A model generated the notes under the pieces. It made no database searches, was not told the origin of the DNA, and saw only the letters and a list, made by a program, of their open reading frames with translations. Positions 14,263 to 26,601 of a stretch of DNA of 64,000 bases are shown here, one piece after another (positions within the stretch are counted from its first letter, which is position 1; the number at the start of each line of letters is the position of its first letter). Source of the stretch: Octopus sinensis (lineage: Eukaryota); the NCBI RefSeq assembly GCF_006345805.1, contig NC_042998.1:15748001-15812000 (forward strand), in the 5' to 3' direction. The position numbers and the translations under genes were made by a program.

Positions 14263-15694
14263 GAGTTGAAACTGATTCCATTGTATAACATGACAAATAC
14301 TTTCATACAAATATAGAATATCAAGGTTGAACACTTTAAACCTTGTAATATCAACCAGATAATCACAGAAAAATTGGTAGGCAAGATGCATTGAATAATA
14401 CTCATATTCCGGAGGAACTAACATTACTGTAGCTGCGTTGCTATAAATGTTCACGTTTTACTTTGAAACGACGGAAATATCTTCATAGTTGTATTTATAG
14501 TTTAGAAAGCGTCTCAGCTAAATAAATCTCAACTATACACTCCAAAAACATGAAAGCACTACATAGCAGAAGTTGTAATGTCTTATTATGAACGGTTTCC
14601 AAGGTGAAAACCTATTGTGCGTGAAAGTGAAGAGATAATTTAATCTGCCGTTAGTATTCTCATAGCTGACGAATATATCTAAATATTGTTGGGTACCCGT
14701 GAATGGCGATCTCTAAATCAAAGAGTTTTTGTACAATACTCGTAAAATACAAGTTTAAATATTATTCAATCACACATTTCGAATTGCAAGGTTGATTAAA
14801 AATATTCAAGAACCGTGCGAAGATAAACGTAGAATTTTTCACCGACTAAACATATTATAAATAGTGCATTACTTAGTTACCTTAAGTTGAATTCGTTGAA
14901 ACATACGAAAAGATTTTCTAGCTTGATTCCCGATTGAGGTTGTTGCCTTTGATTTCCGAAGAAAGTTTCTAATAAAACGAATAGTGTTGGGGACAAAGCT
15001 GCAAAGAGGCTGGGGAATAAATTACACAATGACGCAGTTACACATTACTCACAACTTTGCAGGAATGTATACCATATCCATACACATTTTGCTTAATATC
15101 TTCACATAACAAACGGAATAGTACCAAACATATTATTCTAGGGAGGAAATGTTTCTCGTAACGTTCTAATGACACATTATGAATGACAAACGTCATAATT
15201 ATAAGAGGGTAAATTCCAATGAAAGAAACATTTTCTTTTAAATACAATTTGACTACCTTTGCATTATCTGTAGAGTGTACTCGATACATCATGTATAAGA
15301 TATAAAAAAAAATAATGTAATATCATTAACTGCGAGTATATTGTAAATCGAAGAGGTAGAAATTCATTATCTATTCAAGAGGAACGAATAAGTGAATAAT
15401 CAAATAATCATTAACATTTAAGAACGTGTACCATATGGAATACGGAAAAGATCGGTTATGTATTTCACGAGAAAAACATAATCCTCTTTCACTCATTCGC
15501 TTCAATCCGGCGGTCGCTGAATTAAATGACAAAATTAAAAATGTCATCAGAGTAAAAGAGGTTCTGAGTCATAACTGCAGTGAACATAACATAACAGCAG
15601 CACGTAGTAACTTAAATCACAGTTATGAGCATTTTACAATGAGAATAATGAAAGATTTATCAAATTAAAATAAGATCCCCCATCCTACATATTT

Positions 15695-15930
15695 ACCTAT
15701 TTCTTTATTACCCACAAGGGGCTAAACATAGAGTGGACAAACAAGGACAGACATAGGTATTATGTCGATTACATCGACCCCAGTGCGTAACTGGTACTTA
15801 ATTTATCGACCCCGAAAGGATGAAAGGCTAAGTCGACCTCGGCGGGATTTGAACTCACAACGTAACGGCAAACGAAGTACCGCAAAGCATTTCGCCCGGT
15901 GTGCTAACGTTTCTGCTAGCTTGCCGCCTT
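15695..15930 (-). mobile_element. SINE family B, full length
   Basis: Reverse complement of the 11967-12198 element. Confidence 0.9.
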
Positions 15931-16387
15931 ATACTTACCTACATACTTACCAGGAACTCTCAAGCTCAGCTGAAGTATAAATTCCGGAAGCTTAGTTAAG
16001 AGAGGCTCCCTTGATAGACAAACATATATAAAAGTTTAGAGGAAAATATCTAACTCAAACAGGATGATTGTTTGAAATCATGTTTCGCTTAGAAAGAGTC
16101 GACTGATAAACTCCACAAAATAATTATGTTAGAAGATAGGGTCTTGTAATTTCCGGTCCCTTTTCTAAGCTCTACTTTCAATATTTCTAACATATAGGGT
16201 ATAAAGAATAAACTGTGATCCTCATTATGTAAGTAGTTTAATCGCTGTATCACATCTTTGCTCTTTGTGAATTTATTTCCGGCAATTTTTATTGCATTTC
16301 TTTTCTCATAGCCAGGTACACAATAAAAATATTGTTGGATAGTCTCTTTAGTATAAACATGTCCAATTTTAATGCTGAATAGGTGCG

Positions 16388-16445
<58 letters not shown>

Positions 16446-16452
16446 CGTATAT

Positions 16453-16498
<46 letters not shown>

Positions 16499-16684
16499 AT
16501 ATATATATAATATATATATATATATAATATATATATATATATACATATATACATACCATTATGAGATTTCTTATTGTATGAAGTGTGAAGTTGAAAAACA
16601 GATAGTAACATATGAACTGAAATGAAAATTATTATTAATCTAAATACTATTGTGGATATTATTATTAAATTTTACTATTATTGT

Positions 16685-16810
16685 TATTGAATGAGAGAGC
16701 AGTGCATTGGCATCAGAGTGACACGGGAATAAAATATATGAAACCTAGCATACACATCATGACTACCCGTCTGACAAAGGTACAGCAGGCACATGCATCA
16801 GAAACATATA
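16685..16810 (-). mobile_element. 3' portion of the TAA-associated non-coding element (see 42086-42627)
   Basis: tattgaatgagagagcagtgcattggcatcagagtgacacggg...aaggtacagcaggcacatgcatca is the reverse complement of 42510-42630; preceded by degenerate (TTA)n. Confidence 0.7.
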
Positions 16811-16852
16811 CTAATCCCATGGTTCTGAGTTCGATTCCAGACAGTGACCTGA
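16809..16852 (+). mobile_element. tRNA-like (B-box) relic ending in a (TAA)n tract
   Basis: ggttctgagttcgattccagacagtgacctga followed directly by (TAA)n; gttcgattcc is a T-arm/B-box-like motif. Confidence 0.5.
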
Positions 16853-16861
16853 ATAATAATG

Positions 16862-16919
<58 letters not shown>
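16853..16919. repeat. (TAA)n microsatellite, 5' flank of the R4/Dong element
   Basis: Near-pure TAA run. Confidence 0.95.
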
Positions 16920-19900
16920 GTAAGATGTAAGAAGGAAAATACAGAGCTCCGAAATCTATCCACAAACATCGAAAACAAGGACATCCTATGGAGCCAAAGA
17001 TTTACTAACAAAGAATTGGACTATATCCGAGTAAGTAATACTAATTGAAATTTATTACTATTTTCGAAACGAAATTATGTATTTTGACTCGATATTATCT
17101 CCACCTCTAACACAGCACATGTAAACATGCGTGGAACAACACGATCATCCCCGACCTCAAACACCATGTACAAAGGAACTACGAAGAAATTAAATGCCAC
17201 CGATACTATTCAACCCAAGAATAACAATCGAGCGGTACGTACATTAAACCTACAACAAAAAATGTACGAAAAACTACACGTACGAAATAATGTGACAACA
17301 GAAATAAACGGACCGGTACCCTACGAAAATGACGACCGTCAAAATAATGGGCTGGACGTTGTACCTCATGTCCCGCAATTAAAACCCAAAAGACGTAAAT
17401 GGAAGAAATTAAATGCCACCGATACTATTCAACCCAAGAATAACAATCGAGCGGTACGTACATTAAACCTACAACAAAAAATGTACGAAAAACTACACGT
17501 GCGAAATAATGTGACAACAGAAATAAACGGACCGGTACCCTACGAAAATGACGACAGTCAAAATAATGGGCCGGACGTTGTACCTCATGTCCCGCAAATA
17601 AAACCCAAAAGACGTAAATGGACACGTGAGGAATACATTTCTATCTTACACGCATACTTAACAGCAATGCTCTACCCACAGAATGAAAATACAACAACAC
17701 ATACATATAAAATATGGAAGGAAAATAATAGAGATATAGACTTGGATACAGCAATGAACCCTAATAAATAGCTAACGTACGAAGATACATTCTCAAAGCC
17801 AAAAAATTTCAGAAATAGAAATAGAACATTTAAAAGAAAAAATACACCAGGAAAATGTAGATAGAAGCCACACAACAATGCCCAATAATATAAACACTGA
17901 AACTGTAAAACACGAAGACAAACGCAACATTCCCAACAAACACGATGTAAACAACGAAGGGGAGCCTAATGATTATGATAATATAAAAAAAAAAAATAAT
18001 CAAAGAACTGAAAACCACAGAGCCCAAAATGGACCACCGACCATACCTCCCAAGAATAAAAATAAACGCAATAACAACACCAATTATAAACAACATAAAC
18101 CTAGCCGTCACTGAACTAGCCACTGAAACAAAAAAAGTGATATCACTGAACTAAATGACTTGATATACGCAGCAGCCACTGCAGCCACGAAAGAAGCTGG
18201 ATACTCACCCAAACCCGCCCAAACAGGAGTACCACCACCCAAAAAAACCCTGTGGATAAATAACATCCAAAACAAAATAAAAAAAATTAGAAAAGACCTG
18301 TCGATTCTTAATGAAATCAGCAAACAAGCAACGCTACTGAGCAATAAAAAGAGAACAAAAATGTTCCGCAAATATAACATCACAGAAAAAGATTTGCCGG
18401 AGATAGAAGAAAAGCTGAAGCAAGATATCCTTGCCAAAGCTCAAAGGATCCGCCGGTACGAGAAACGCCAACGCTTCTTTGAACAGAACAAAAAGTTCAA
18501 CTCCGACCCCAAAAAGTTCTACCAAGAACTGGGCAAAAATAAAATAGAAGTCACTGCAGCACCAACGGCCAGAAGAATTGGAAGAATTCTGGAGAGAAAT
18601 ATGGTCGGCGAACGAACAGCCAAGAAAAAGGAGTATGAAAATAACAAACTCAGCATCTGAACAACTTTGGACCCCCATAACAACTGAAGAGTTCACCTAG
18701 GCACTGCAAAAACTAAGCAACTGGAGGCACCTGGGCATGACAAGATCCCCAACTTCTGGTTGAAATATCTAACAGGAATGCACAAAAAGCTGGCTGAAAA
18801 CTTTAACAGCATACTAGCAGAGCCAGAGACAATGCCTGGATGGCTCACGGAGGGGAAAACCATCTTAATTCCCAAATCAAATGAAACAACAAAACCAGAA
18901 AACTACAGACCAATAACCTGCCTCCCTACTATGTTCAAGGCATGTACTGCAGTGATATCGCAAAGGCTGAACAAGCACCTGGACGAAAACAAACTTTTCC
19001 CAGAAGAGCAGAAAGGATGCCGCAAGGGCTCATATGGCTGTAAAGATCAACTAATGATTAATAAAGCCGTAACTGAAGACAGCCACAGAAAGAAGAAAGG
19101 CCTCAGTATGGCCTGGATTGACTACAAAAAGGCGTTTGATAGCATCCCCCACACATGGATCCTCGAAACACTAGCCATTAACAAAGTAGCACCAACAATC
19201 ATAAAATTCATAGAGCACTCTATGAATAAATGGCAAACAGTCCTACACCTCCAAACAAAAGAGGGACTCATGAAAACCAAAGACATCCCCATTAGAAGAG
19301 GAATATTCCAGGGAGACACGCTCTCTCCACTCCTTTTCTGCTTGGCACTGTCACCTCTATCTGATATGCTAAATAGAACTGGATGCGGATATAAATGTTA
19401 CGGCAAAACGATCAGCCACCTTTTATATATGGATGACCTAAAACTATACGCTGCAAATGACAAACAGCTGGAAACACTATTAAAGACAGTTCATGGATTT
19501 ACCAAAGAAATAGATATGATATTTGGATTAGAAAAATGCGCCAAAGTAACCATGAAAAGAGGAAAACTAGTCGAGAGTAACAACATCACACTAGATAAAA
19601 CCAATGAAATGAAAGAATTAGACCAAAGCCAAACTTACAAATACTTAGGAATCCATGAACTAGATAGGACACAACACACACAAATGAAAGAGAAAATAAA
19701 AAAAGAATATTATAGACGAGTTAGATCAATACTAAAAACAGAGCTCAATGCTAAAAACAAGATAATAGGTATCAACACTTTAGCTGTCCCAGTTATAAGT
19801 TACAGCTACAATATCCTTAACTGGACACGAAATGAACTGTCCAAAATAGATAGGAAAACAAGAAAAATAATGACAGGATCTAGGATGCATCACCCAAAAT

Positions 19901-21082
19901 CTGACATAGAATGACTATATATACAACGTATAGAAGGTGGTAGAGGCCTTATACAGCTGGAAAACTACTATAAAATAACCACCATAGGACTGCAAAAATA
20001 CCTACTTCAGAAGGAAGGAAAACTGGTCCAGATAGCAGCAAAACACGAGCAAAACAAAAAACTGTTCTCAGTATTTAAGGAAGCTGACAAATACAAACAA
20101 GAAATCATACCACCTAATAAACACAAAGAAGAAGAAGAAGATGATGAAGAAACAACAAAAGCTATAAAACAAATGAAATCAAAACTAAAAATAGAACAGC
20201 AACGAGCCATGATAAAACGATGGCAAGAAAAGCGCCTTCATGGTAAATACTGCACTAAACTAAACGCAAAAGAAATAGACAAAGAAAAATCCCAGCAATG
20301 GTTGAGAAGCTCAGGACTCAAAGCAGAAACAGAGGGATTTTTAATTTCAGCACAAGACCAAAGCCTCCCCACCAGAAATTACCAAAAACATGTAATGAAA
20401 AGAAATATTACAAGTAACTGCAGAATATGTGGAGATGGACAAGAAACAATAAATCATATTATCTCTAGCTGCCCAGTCCTGGCTAAGAAGGAATATATTC
20501 ACAGACATGACAGAGTTGGAACCTACATACATTGGAAGCTATGCCAACATTATGGAATAACAACAGAAAAAAGATGGTATAGGCACACACCAGAAAAGGT
20601 CACAGAAAACGAGAAAGCAACCATACTCTGGGATATGCCGATACACACAGATAGAGAAATTAAGGCCAAAGGACCAGATATAGTTGTCAGAGATCATGAA
20701 GAAAAAAAATGCTTTCTAATTGATGTATCAATACCGGCAGATGACAACGTGTCTCTAAAAGAAATGGAGAAACTCTCAAAATACAAAGACCTGGAAATAG
20801 AGGTAACTAGAATGTGGAACCTGAAAACAGAAACAATTCCTATCATAGTAGGTGCATTAGGCATGATAAAAAAATATTCAGACAAATACATAACAAAAAC
20901 ACCAGGACTTACAAACACATATAACATACAGAAAATGGCACTACTAGGCACTGCACACATCCTACGCAGAACACTTTCCATACAATAACCATCAGAGCAT
21001 CACAACAAATCACAGCACATACCCAAGGCACACAGAGCTGCGCTCGGTAGTGAAGTGAAAGCACGCTATAAAAATAAAACTG

Positions 21083-21086
<4 letters not shown>
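16920..21086 (+). mobile_element. Near full-length R4/Dong-clade non-LTR retrotransposon (RLE type) inserted in (TAA)n
   Basis: TAA tracts on both sides; N-terminal KRRKWTREEY and ITELNDLIYAAA; RT motifs (NYRPITCLPT, WIDYKKAFDS, RGIFQGDTLSPLLF, LLYMDDLKLY); CCHC (CRICGDGQETINHIISSC); PD..D endonuclease (GPDIVV...LIDVSIP); ~95-bp 3' UTR. TAA targeting is established for Dong-type R4 elements. Confidence 0.93.
17127..20988 (+). pseudogene. Disrupted single ORF of the R4/Dong element (RT + CCHC + restriction-like endonuclease)
   Basis: Track fragments 17127-17771, 17878-18114, 18160-18660, 18760-19914 and 20173-20988 join into one polyprotein after about six 1-nt indels and two nonsense codons (TAG ~18699, TGA 19912 in ERLY). 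Confidence 0.88.
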
Positions 21087-21155
<69 letters not shown>

Positions 21156-21157
<2 letters not shown>

Positions 21158-21340
21158 TCGACAAATACATTAGGAATGAGAATCCAGTTCCGAAATTTCT
21201 CCAAGACACCTGATGAAACCTGGAGGGTATATCAGCCCAAACGTTGTATTAACAACAAACAAAATGAGAACAAATATCGGTCAAATTTAAATAATGTAAA
21301 TAATGTACATAATTCCTCATCTCTTAAATATAGAACTGTA
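21156..21340 (+). mobile_element. Small non-coding repeat with a decayed hammerhead-like motif
   Basis: gacac-CTGATGA-a-acctg-gagggtatat-cagcc-CAAA-cgtt-gtatt at 21205-21250; follows the 3' TAA tract of the R4 element. Confidence 0.55.
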
Positions 21341-22699
21341 TTATCAAAAGATAGATAGAACACTTTCTATACCTTAAACAACAGCATGGATGACGCTCTC
21401 AAAGAAACAAACTATATGTTCATTCAAAAACAACAAAGAATTTATTAAATAGTTTACGACAAAGCACACGGACACTACGCTCGCATTACGGTTATATTAC
21501 ACCAACTAATAAGGTACCAATACACAAAACACAACTAGAACGTAGGAAACTTATAGCTATAAATACAGAATATCTAAATGAGATAAATGTCCAAGGGATA
21601 ATGGACAATGGATAAAACATCAGACGTGTATATTCTGAATGAATTTCTAGTCGAGGCCCGTAAAGAAAAACATATTAGAAATCCGTGGCTTCACTGTGAT
21701 ATAGCGAAGCATTGTCATCTTGAGATGAATGCCTGAGGCCCGAAATTATCGTCCGTTGGGACTATACGAGACACTTGTAGCAGTGAAACTATTCTACACG
21801 CATATTTTCCGTGGCCAAAATTTACTAATTTTTGGAGAAGAATCTTACGGCATCTATCGATCTCTCTGATAGTTTAATTGTGAAGATTGATCTCCTATCT
21901 GTCTATTTGAAGAACTCCTGTTTGGTGGTGTTGGCAAAAATGATGCGTGGTGGATATGACCGAAAAAAATGAGAGCAGAAAACTGTAACCGAGCACTTAA
22001 CTTTTCCAGTTTCACTTGGAAAGCTGACTGGAAAGTGCTGTATCGCAACATCTATTTACGAAATGTATATAAGAATATGGACCATGCACCATTAGACTGC
22101 AAATGCACGGTTGGGTTTGGAATGTAGTTTCATGTGGTATGTTTGGAAGATATTTTTCCCATAAGTACTCTGCGCGTTTGTCCTTCTTTTGGGGAATTTT
22201 ATTTTTATTTTCAATTTCTTGTTCTATACTACCATAAGTTGAATCCAGAACTGCAATATTTTATCACTCTTCAGGCATTATTTACGCCAAATTATGTTTC
22301 AGGGAACATCAATCGAAGTTACTATTATTGACATCAGTGAGGAGTCTAGCTGGCAATGTCGTTATTTCTTTTGTATTCAATAGTTTATGCCTAATCACAG
22401 CTTGTATCATTCTTTACTATCTGCAAACGTATTATCATTTTTCTGTTGTTGGCTAATTAAATTGAACTGGAAGAATCTTTATAGTGTAAGCAAAATTATT
22501 TGCAGTTTTTCGTTCGACAATTTTCGCCATGATCTCAAATCCTGGCGTGGTCAATTTTGCCTTCTCTCTCTCTGTTGTAGCTAAAATAAAATATCAGTTT
22601 TATACTGAAGCCATGGTATCTACTAGTCCTTTCAACAAATTTACTGACCCTCTGATAAACTCATAAGCAGGCACATTCATTGTTGCTTTTTACAAATTG

Positions 22700-22870
22700 C
22701 TTAGCCGCATCACTTCCGTTTCTTTAAGATATGGGTTCAAATACCGACTTGGTCGACATTCCAATTCATCCTTTCGGGGTCGATGAAATACACACCAGTT
22801 GAATGCTGGGATAAAAGTAGTCGGCTCAACCTCCTTCCCGAAATTGCTGGCCTTGTGCAAAAATCTAAGC
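22700..22870 (+). mobile_element. Degenerate SINE, family B-related
   Basis: gggttcaaataccgacttggtcgac...catcctttcggggtcgat...cccgaaattgctggccttgtgc. Confidence 0.7.
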
Positions 22871-23016
22871 AATAAAAATAATAATGATTAACATTATTTT
22901 TATTGTAACTATTATTAGATGTATGACCATCTTTTTATTACCGATTTTTCACACCCGTAAAAATGCACTATATTTCTTGAACACACTGTTTCTCTCCTCA
23001 TGACTACATTTCCTTC

Positions 23017-23065
<49 letters not shown>

Positions 23066-23150
23066 GCATACATATAGCTACACGTATTTCTTAAGATATA
23101 TTTAAATATATGCATATACACAATATACACATTCACGTGCACACTTTCTC

Positions 23151-23192
<42 letters not shown>

Positions 23193-23545
23193 TGTCTGCA
23201 GTATACAAAAGCGATCTAGTTTACGATTTTTATACGATGCACTTGGCGTCACGAAATCTTCTGTAATGTCACAAGTATAGGCATCTAACTATCTCTAATT
23301 GCCTAAGCATTAGTCATCTGTCAACTGATAAAAACATAGCTGTCATTGTTTATTCGTCACTCCTAACGAAACGACGCCTTGTTTATTAGCTGAAAGTCGA
23401 CAAAAATAAACAAGGGTTGAAGGTAAAAAAAAATGGAAGACAATACGATAATAAAAAAGAATCGTGCGATGAGAATAAAATAAAATATTTGAAAACATAA
23501 CAGCGAATACCAAAAAAATCGATAGCTTTGTTTTGTATATTTTAG

Positions 23546-23793
23546 CCATCAAGTAGCACGGTTATCAAAGTTCCCATCAGTTTTCCCGCCATTGACACAA
23601 TCATCATGATTAGAATTCTTTTCGTGGTGCCTCTTCTCATACTTCTTTTCATCATCATAGGTTATGGCCGGTGGATTTGCAGAATATATATTGTAACGGA
23701 GAAAACACCGTACATTCTTTCGTTAATTACTCTTATATTCTGTGTTCCAATCCCGCCAGGTACTTCTATGAATATTAGCGTTACGAGTGCTGG
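23546..23793 (+). CDS. Candidate spliced exon encoding a hydrophobic segment (possible membrane protein)
   Basis: Pyrimidine-rich acceptor ctttgttttgtatattttag|, a single open frame (PSSSTVIKVPISFPAIDTIIMIRILFVVPLLILLFIIIGYGRWICR...SAG) and donor gg|gtaaga. No protein family recognised with certainty. Confidence 0.25.
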
Positions 23794-23989
23794 GTAAGAT
23801 ACATTTAAAAGATTTGATTCACTGAACTATAATCGCCTTCCTTTATTACGTACCGAAAACGGTATTGACAGTCATACAGAGCAGGAAATACTGGTATCTG
23901 TATTTCAGTTCAGACATGGGGGCATACGCCATTGTGAAGCGTATCTGCATACACCGTTTGTAGGTATTTACTTAGGTCGACCCAGGAAA

Positions 23990-24313
23990 CCCCATAGCAG
24001 TATCCAACTCAGTCCTCATTTCTGTGAGATATTGCTATAGATATTCCTACTCTGTCATGAGGTTGTGAAATGTTGCTGACCAGCACGAACCACCACACCA
24101 CAGCCGAATTTTCAGTGTAGAGAATATGGTACGTTGGATCCAACTCAGGAAATCGAGCAAAGTTACGACTAATTCTGAGAGCATGCTCTCGAATCATACA
24201 TTTAACTAGACGCATCCCAGTTTCTTACCCACAGACGTTGGTTGGCTACACAATCCAACCAATGGTAACCTATAAGTCTGCGAATCATAGGAGGGCCTAA
24301 AGTGTTGAGACGT
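23990..24313 (-). pseudogene. RTE-clade LINE C-terminal relic
   Basis: Minus-strand translation: RRLIGYHWLDCVANQRL and MRLVKCMIREHALRISRNFARFPELDP, resembling the RTE C-terminal RRILGY.W.D.VSN.RL...RQLR..GH.AR block. Confidence 0.6.
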
Positions 24314-24425
24314 CTTCTAACGGCCCGAGACAGAGTTCAAATTTCACACGAATTAAATCCAGTTTTAGCAACACAAGTTTTCTGAAACGTAAACCCGTTC
24401 AGTTAGGAATGTTGAACTTTGTTTC

Positions 24426-24528
24426 AGATCTCCATTATTTTCTTCTTCTTCTTCTTTTTCTTCTTCTTCTTCTTCTTCTTCTTCTTCTTCTTCTTCTTCT
24501 TCTTCTTCTTCTTCTTCTTCTTCTTCTT

Positions 24529-24559
<31 letters not shown>

Positions 24560-24760
24560 AGTTAAGTTAAGTTAGTTAAGTTAACTTAACCTAACTTAAC
24601 TTCTTCTTCTTCTTCTTAAGTTAAATTAAGTTAGTTAAGTTAACTTAACTTAACTAACTTAACTTAACTTAACTTAACTTCTTCTTCTTCTTCTTCTTTT
24701 TTTGTTCTTCTCTTCCCCCTCCTCCTTCTTCTTCTTCTTCTTCTTCTTCTTCTTCTCTTT
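24426..24760. repeat. (TTC)n microsatellite with two embedded (TTAAG)n/(TTAAC)n palindromes
   Basis: Long TTC run; palindromic inserts at ~24557-24602 and ~24616-24680. Confidence 0.9.
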
Positions 24761-26219
24761 CTCCTTCTCTTTGTTGGTAGTTTTCTCGAATGGGTCACGC
24801 ATACTAAATCAACTTTTGAATATCACCGTCGAAGATGGTCAAAGTATGAATGCTGTAGTATCACAGTAAACATACTCAACTGCATTTGTCTCAAATCTGT
24901 AAAGGAATCCTAGGTAATTGCAACATAAGGTTTACCTGGAAGATGAATTTCATCTCCTCAAGTATTTGTTTGCCGAATATCACCTGTTTTACCTTAACCA
25001 GCATTGTAGTAGTGGTAAATTATTAAATTTAAACTGGAAATTTCACCTTTAACTACATTGAAAGTAAATTAGCTAAGAACATTGAAATATAAAAGCCTCT
25101 GTGTTCAAAGTGCCAGTAACTTGAGAAACATACCACAAGCTTGTTTGCCAATATTGCAGCGATCCTTATCAAACCAATAAAAAGAAGCCCTCTTGCCAGG
25201 AATTTGCATATCATCATAATGAGCATCATTATACACCACCACCATTTACACCGCTTCTTCCATATCTTCATTAGTGGTAGTAGTAATATCGGTAGTAGTA
25301 GGGATGGTAATAGTAGCTGATATTATCATAACGTGACAAATCGACAGTCTTTGAAATACGAGGGGGGATTCAACGCGGTGCTTGTGCAATACTTCTTTGC
25401 TATTTCATATCTCATGAAGATCAAATTTGTCTCTGATATTCATACTTTGTATAATATCAGGAGAAATCCAGTTCGTTGAACTGGTGGTAATGTTAGAATG
25501 TTGGAGTAAATGACTGTTATCTTTTCTAATTCCATTTAAGCCGATAGTCCTTTTAAAATTTCTTACTGTGAATGAATTAAGATATAACGATCCAACTGTA
25601 AAATGCATCTTTCATATCGTACAAGCCTCCTCTTATCGCGACTAAAATTTGCAGTCGATATAATGATCTTAAAGATCAACCTCAATGGGCATTGGACTGG
25701 AGATATTTTTCATACACTACATTAAGAAGTCGCACGAGAGAATTCTACAAATTTTGTAATCCATTGAGAAATCCTTAAAATTAAAGAGACTCCGACTTGA
25801 AATATAGTAGTTGCGGTCGCAGTATTGGTTTGATGTTGCTGTGTTAGCGATGACGATGGACTATTAACTATTGTGTGAGTAGCTGTGGAATTAGCTTGCA
25901 TAAACAAGACGTTTGAAAATCAATATATTAGGGTTATTTTTTAAACATTGAACACTGGAACTTCGTGGATGCTATCGCATTATTTATTTCATTGTACTTG
26001 AAGTTAGAAAAATCATTGGAAAATACTCTTTCGAAGATCTTAAAATTCTCCCAATCAGTTGCTCTTATTAATACAATTAGTTATACTATCATGAGTTTAA
26101 TCTGGAACTACAATATTTTATCACTCTTCTGGCATCAATTGAAGTTACTATTATTGACATCAGGAAGGGGTCTAGCTGGCAGTGTCGTTACTGCGCCGAA
26201 CAAGATGTTTTTCATTCGA

Positions 26220-26601
26220 ATCTACTTTCTGAGTTCGAAGTCTGCTGAGGTAGACTTAGCCTTTCATCCACTAGTGATCCAAAAATTAAGTACCAATTGA
26301 GCACTGAGGCCGATGTTATTGACTCCCCACTCCGGAACTTGCTGGCATTGTGCCAAAATTTAAAAGCAGTTACTGGCATTAGAAAGGCGGCAAGCTGGCA
26401 GAATCGATAGAATATCGCGCACAAAGTATGATGGCATTTCGTCTGCCTTTACGTTCGAAGTTCAAATACTCTCGATGTTAACGTGGTCTTTTCATTATTT
26501 TAGGGTCGATGCAAGAAGTACCACTTGCAGATTGCGGTCAATGTAATCGACTTATTCCCATCTCCGAAATTGCTGACCTTGTGCTAAAATGTTAAACCAA
26601 T
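26220..26601 (+). mobile_element. Two tandem degenerate family B-related SINEs
   Basis: agttcgaagtctgctgaggtagac... (26220-26365) and aaggcggcaagctggcagaatcg...ccttgtgctaaaatgttaaaccaata (26385-26601). Confidence 0.7.

Noticed and set aside
6116-14690. Other CTGANGA heptamers (~6116, ~9392, ~12704, ~14666; also ~37922 and ~38613 outside this range)
   Set aside because: No properly placed GAAA with pairing stems; expected by chance in 64 kb.
16920-17030. HDV-like ribozyme at the 5' end of the R4 element, as in R2
   Set aside because: No nested double-pseudoknot pattern could be identified by eye.
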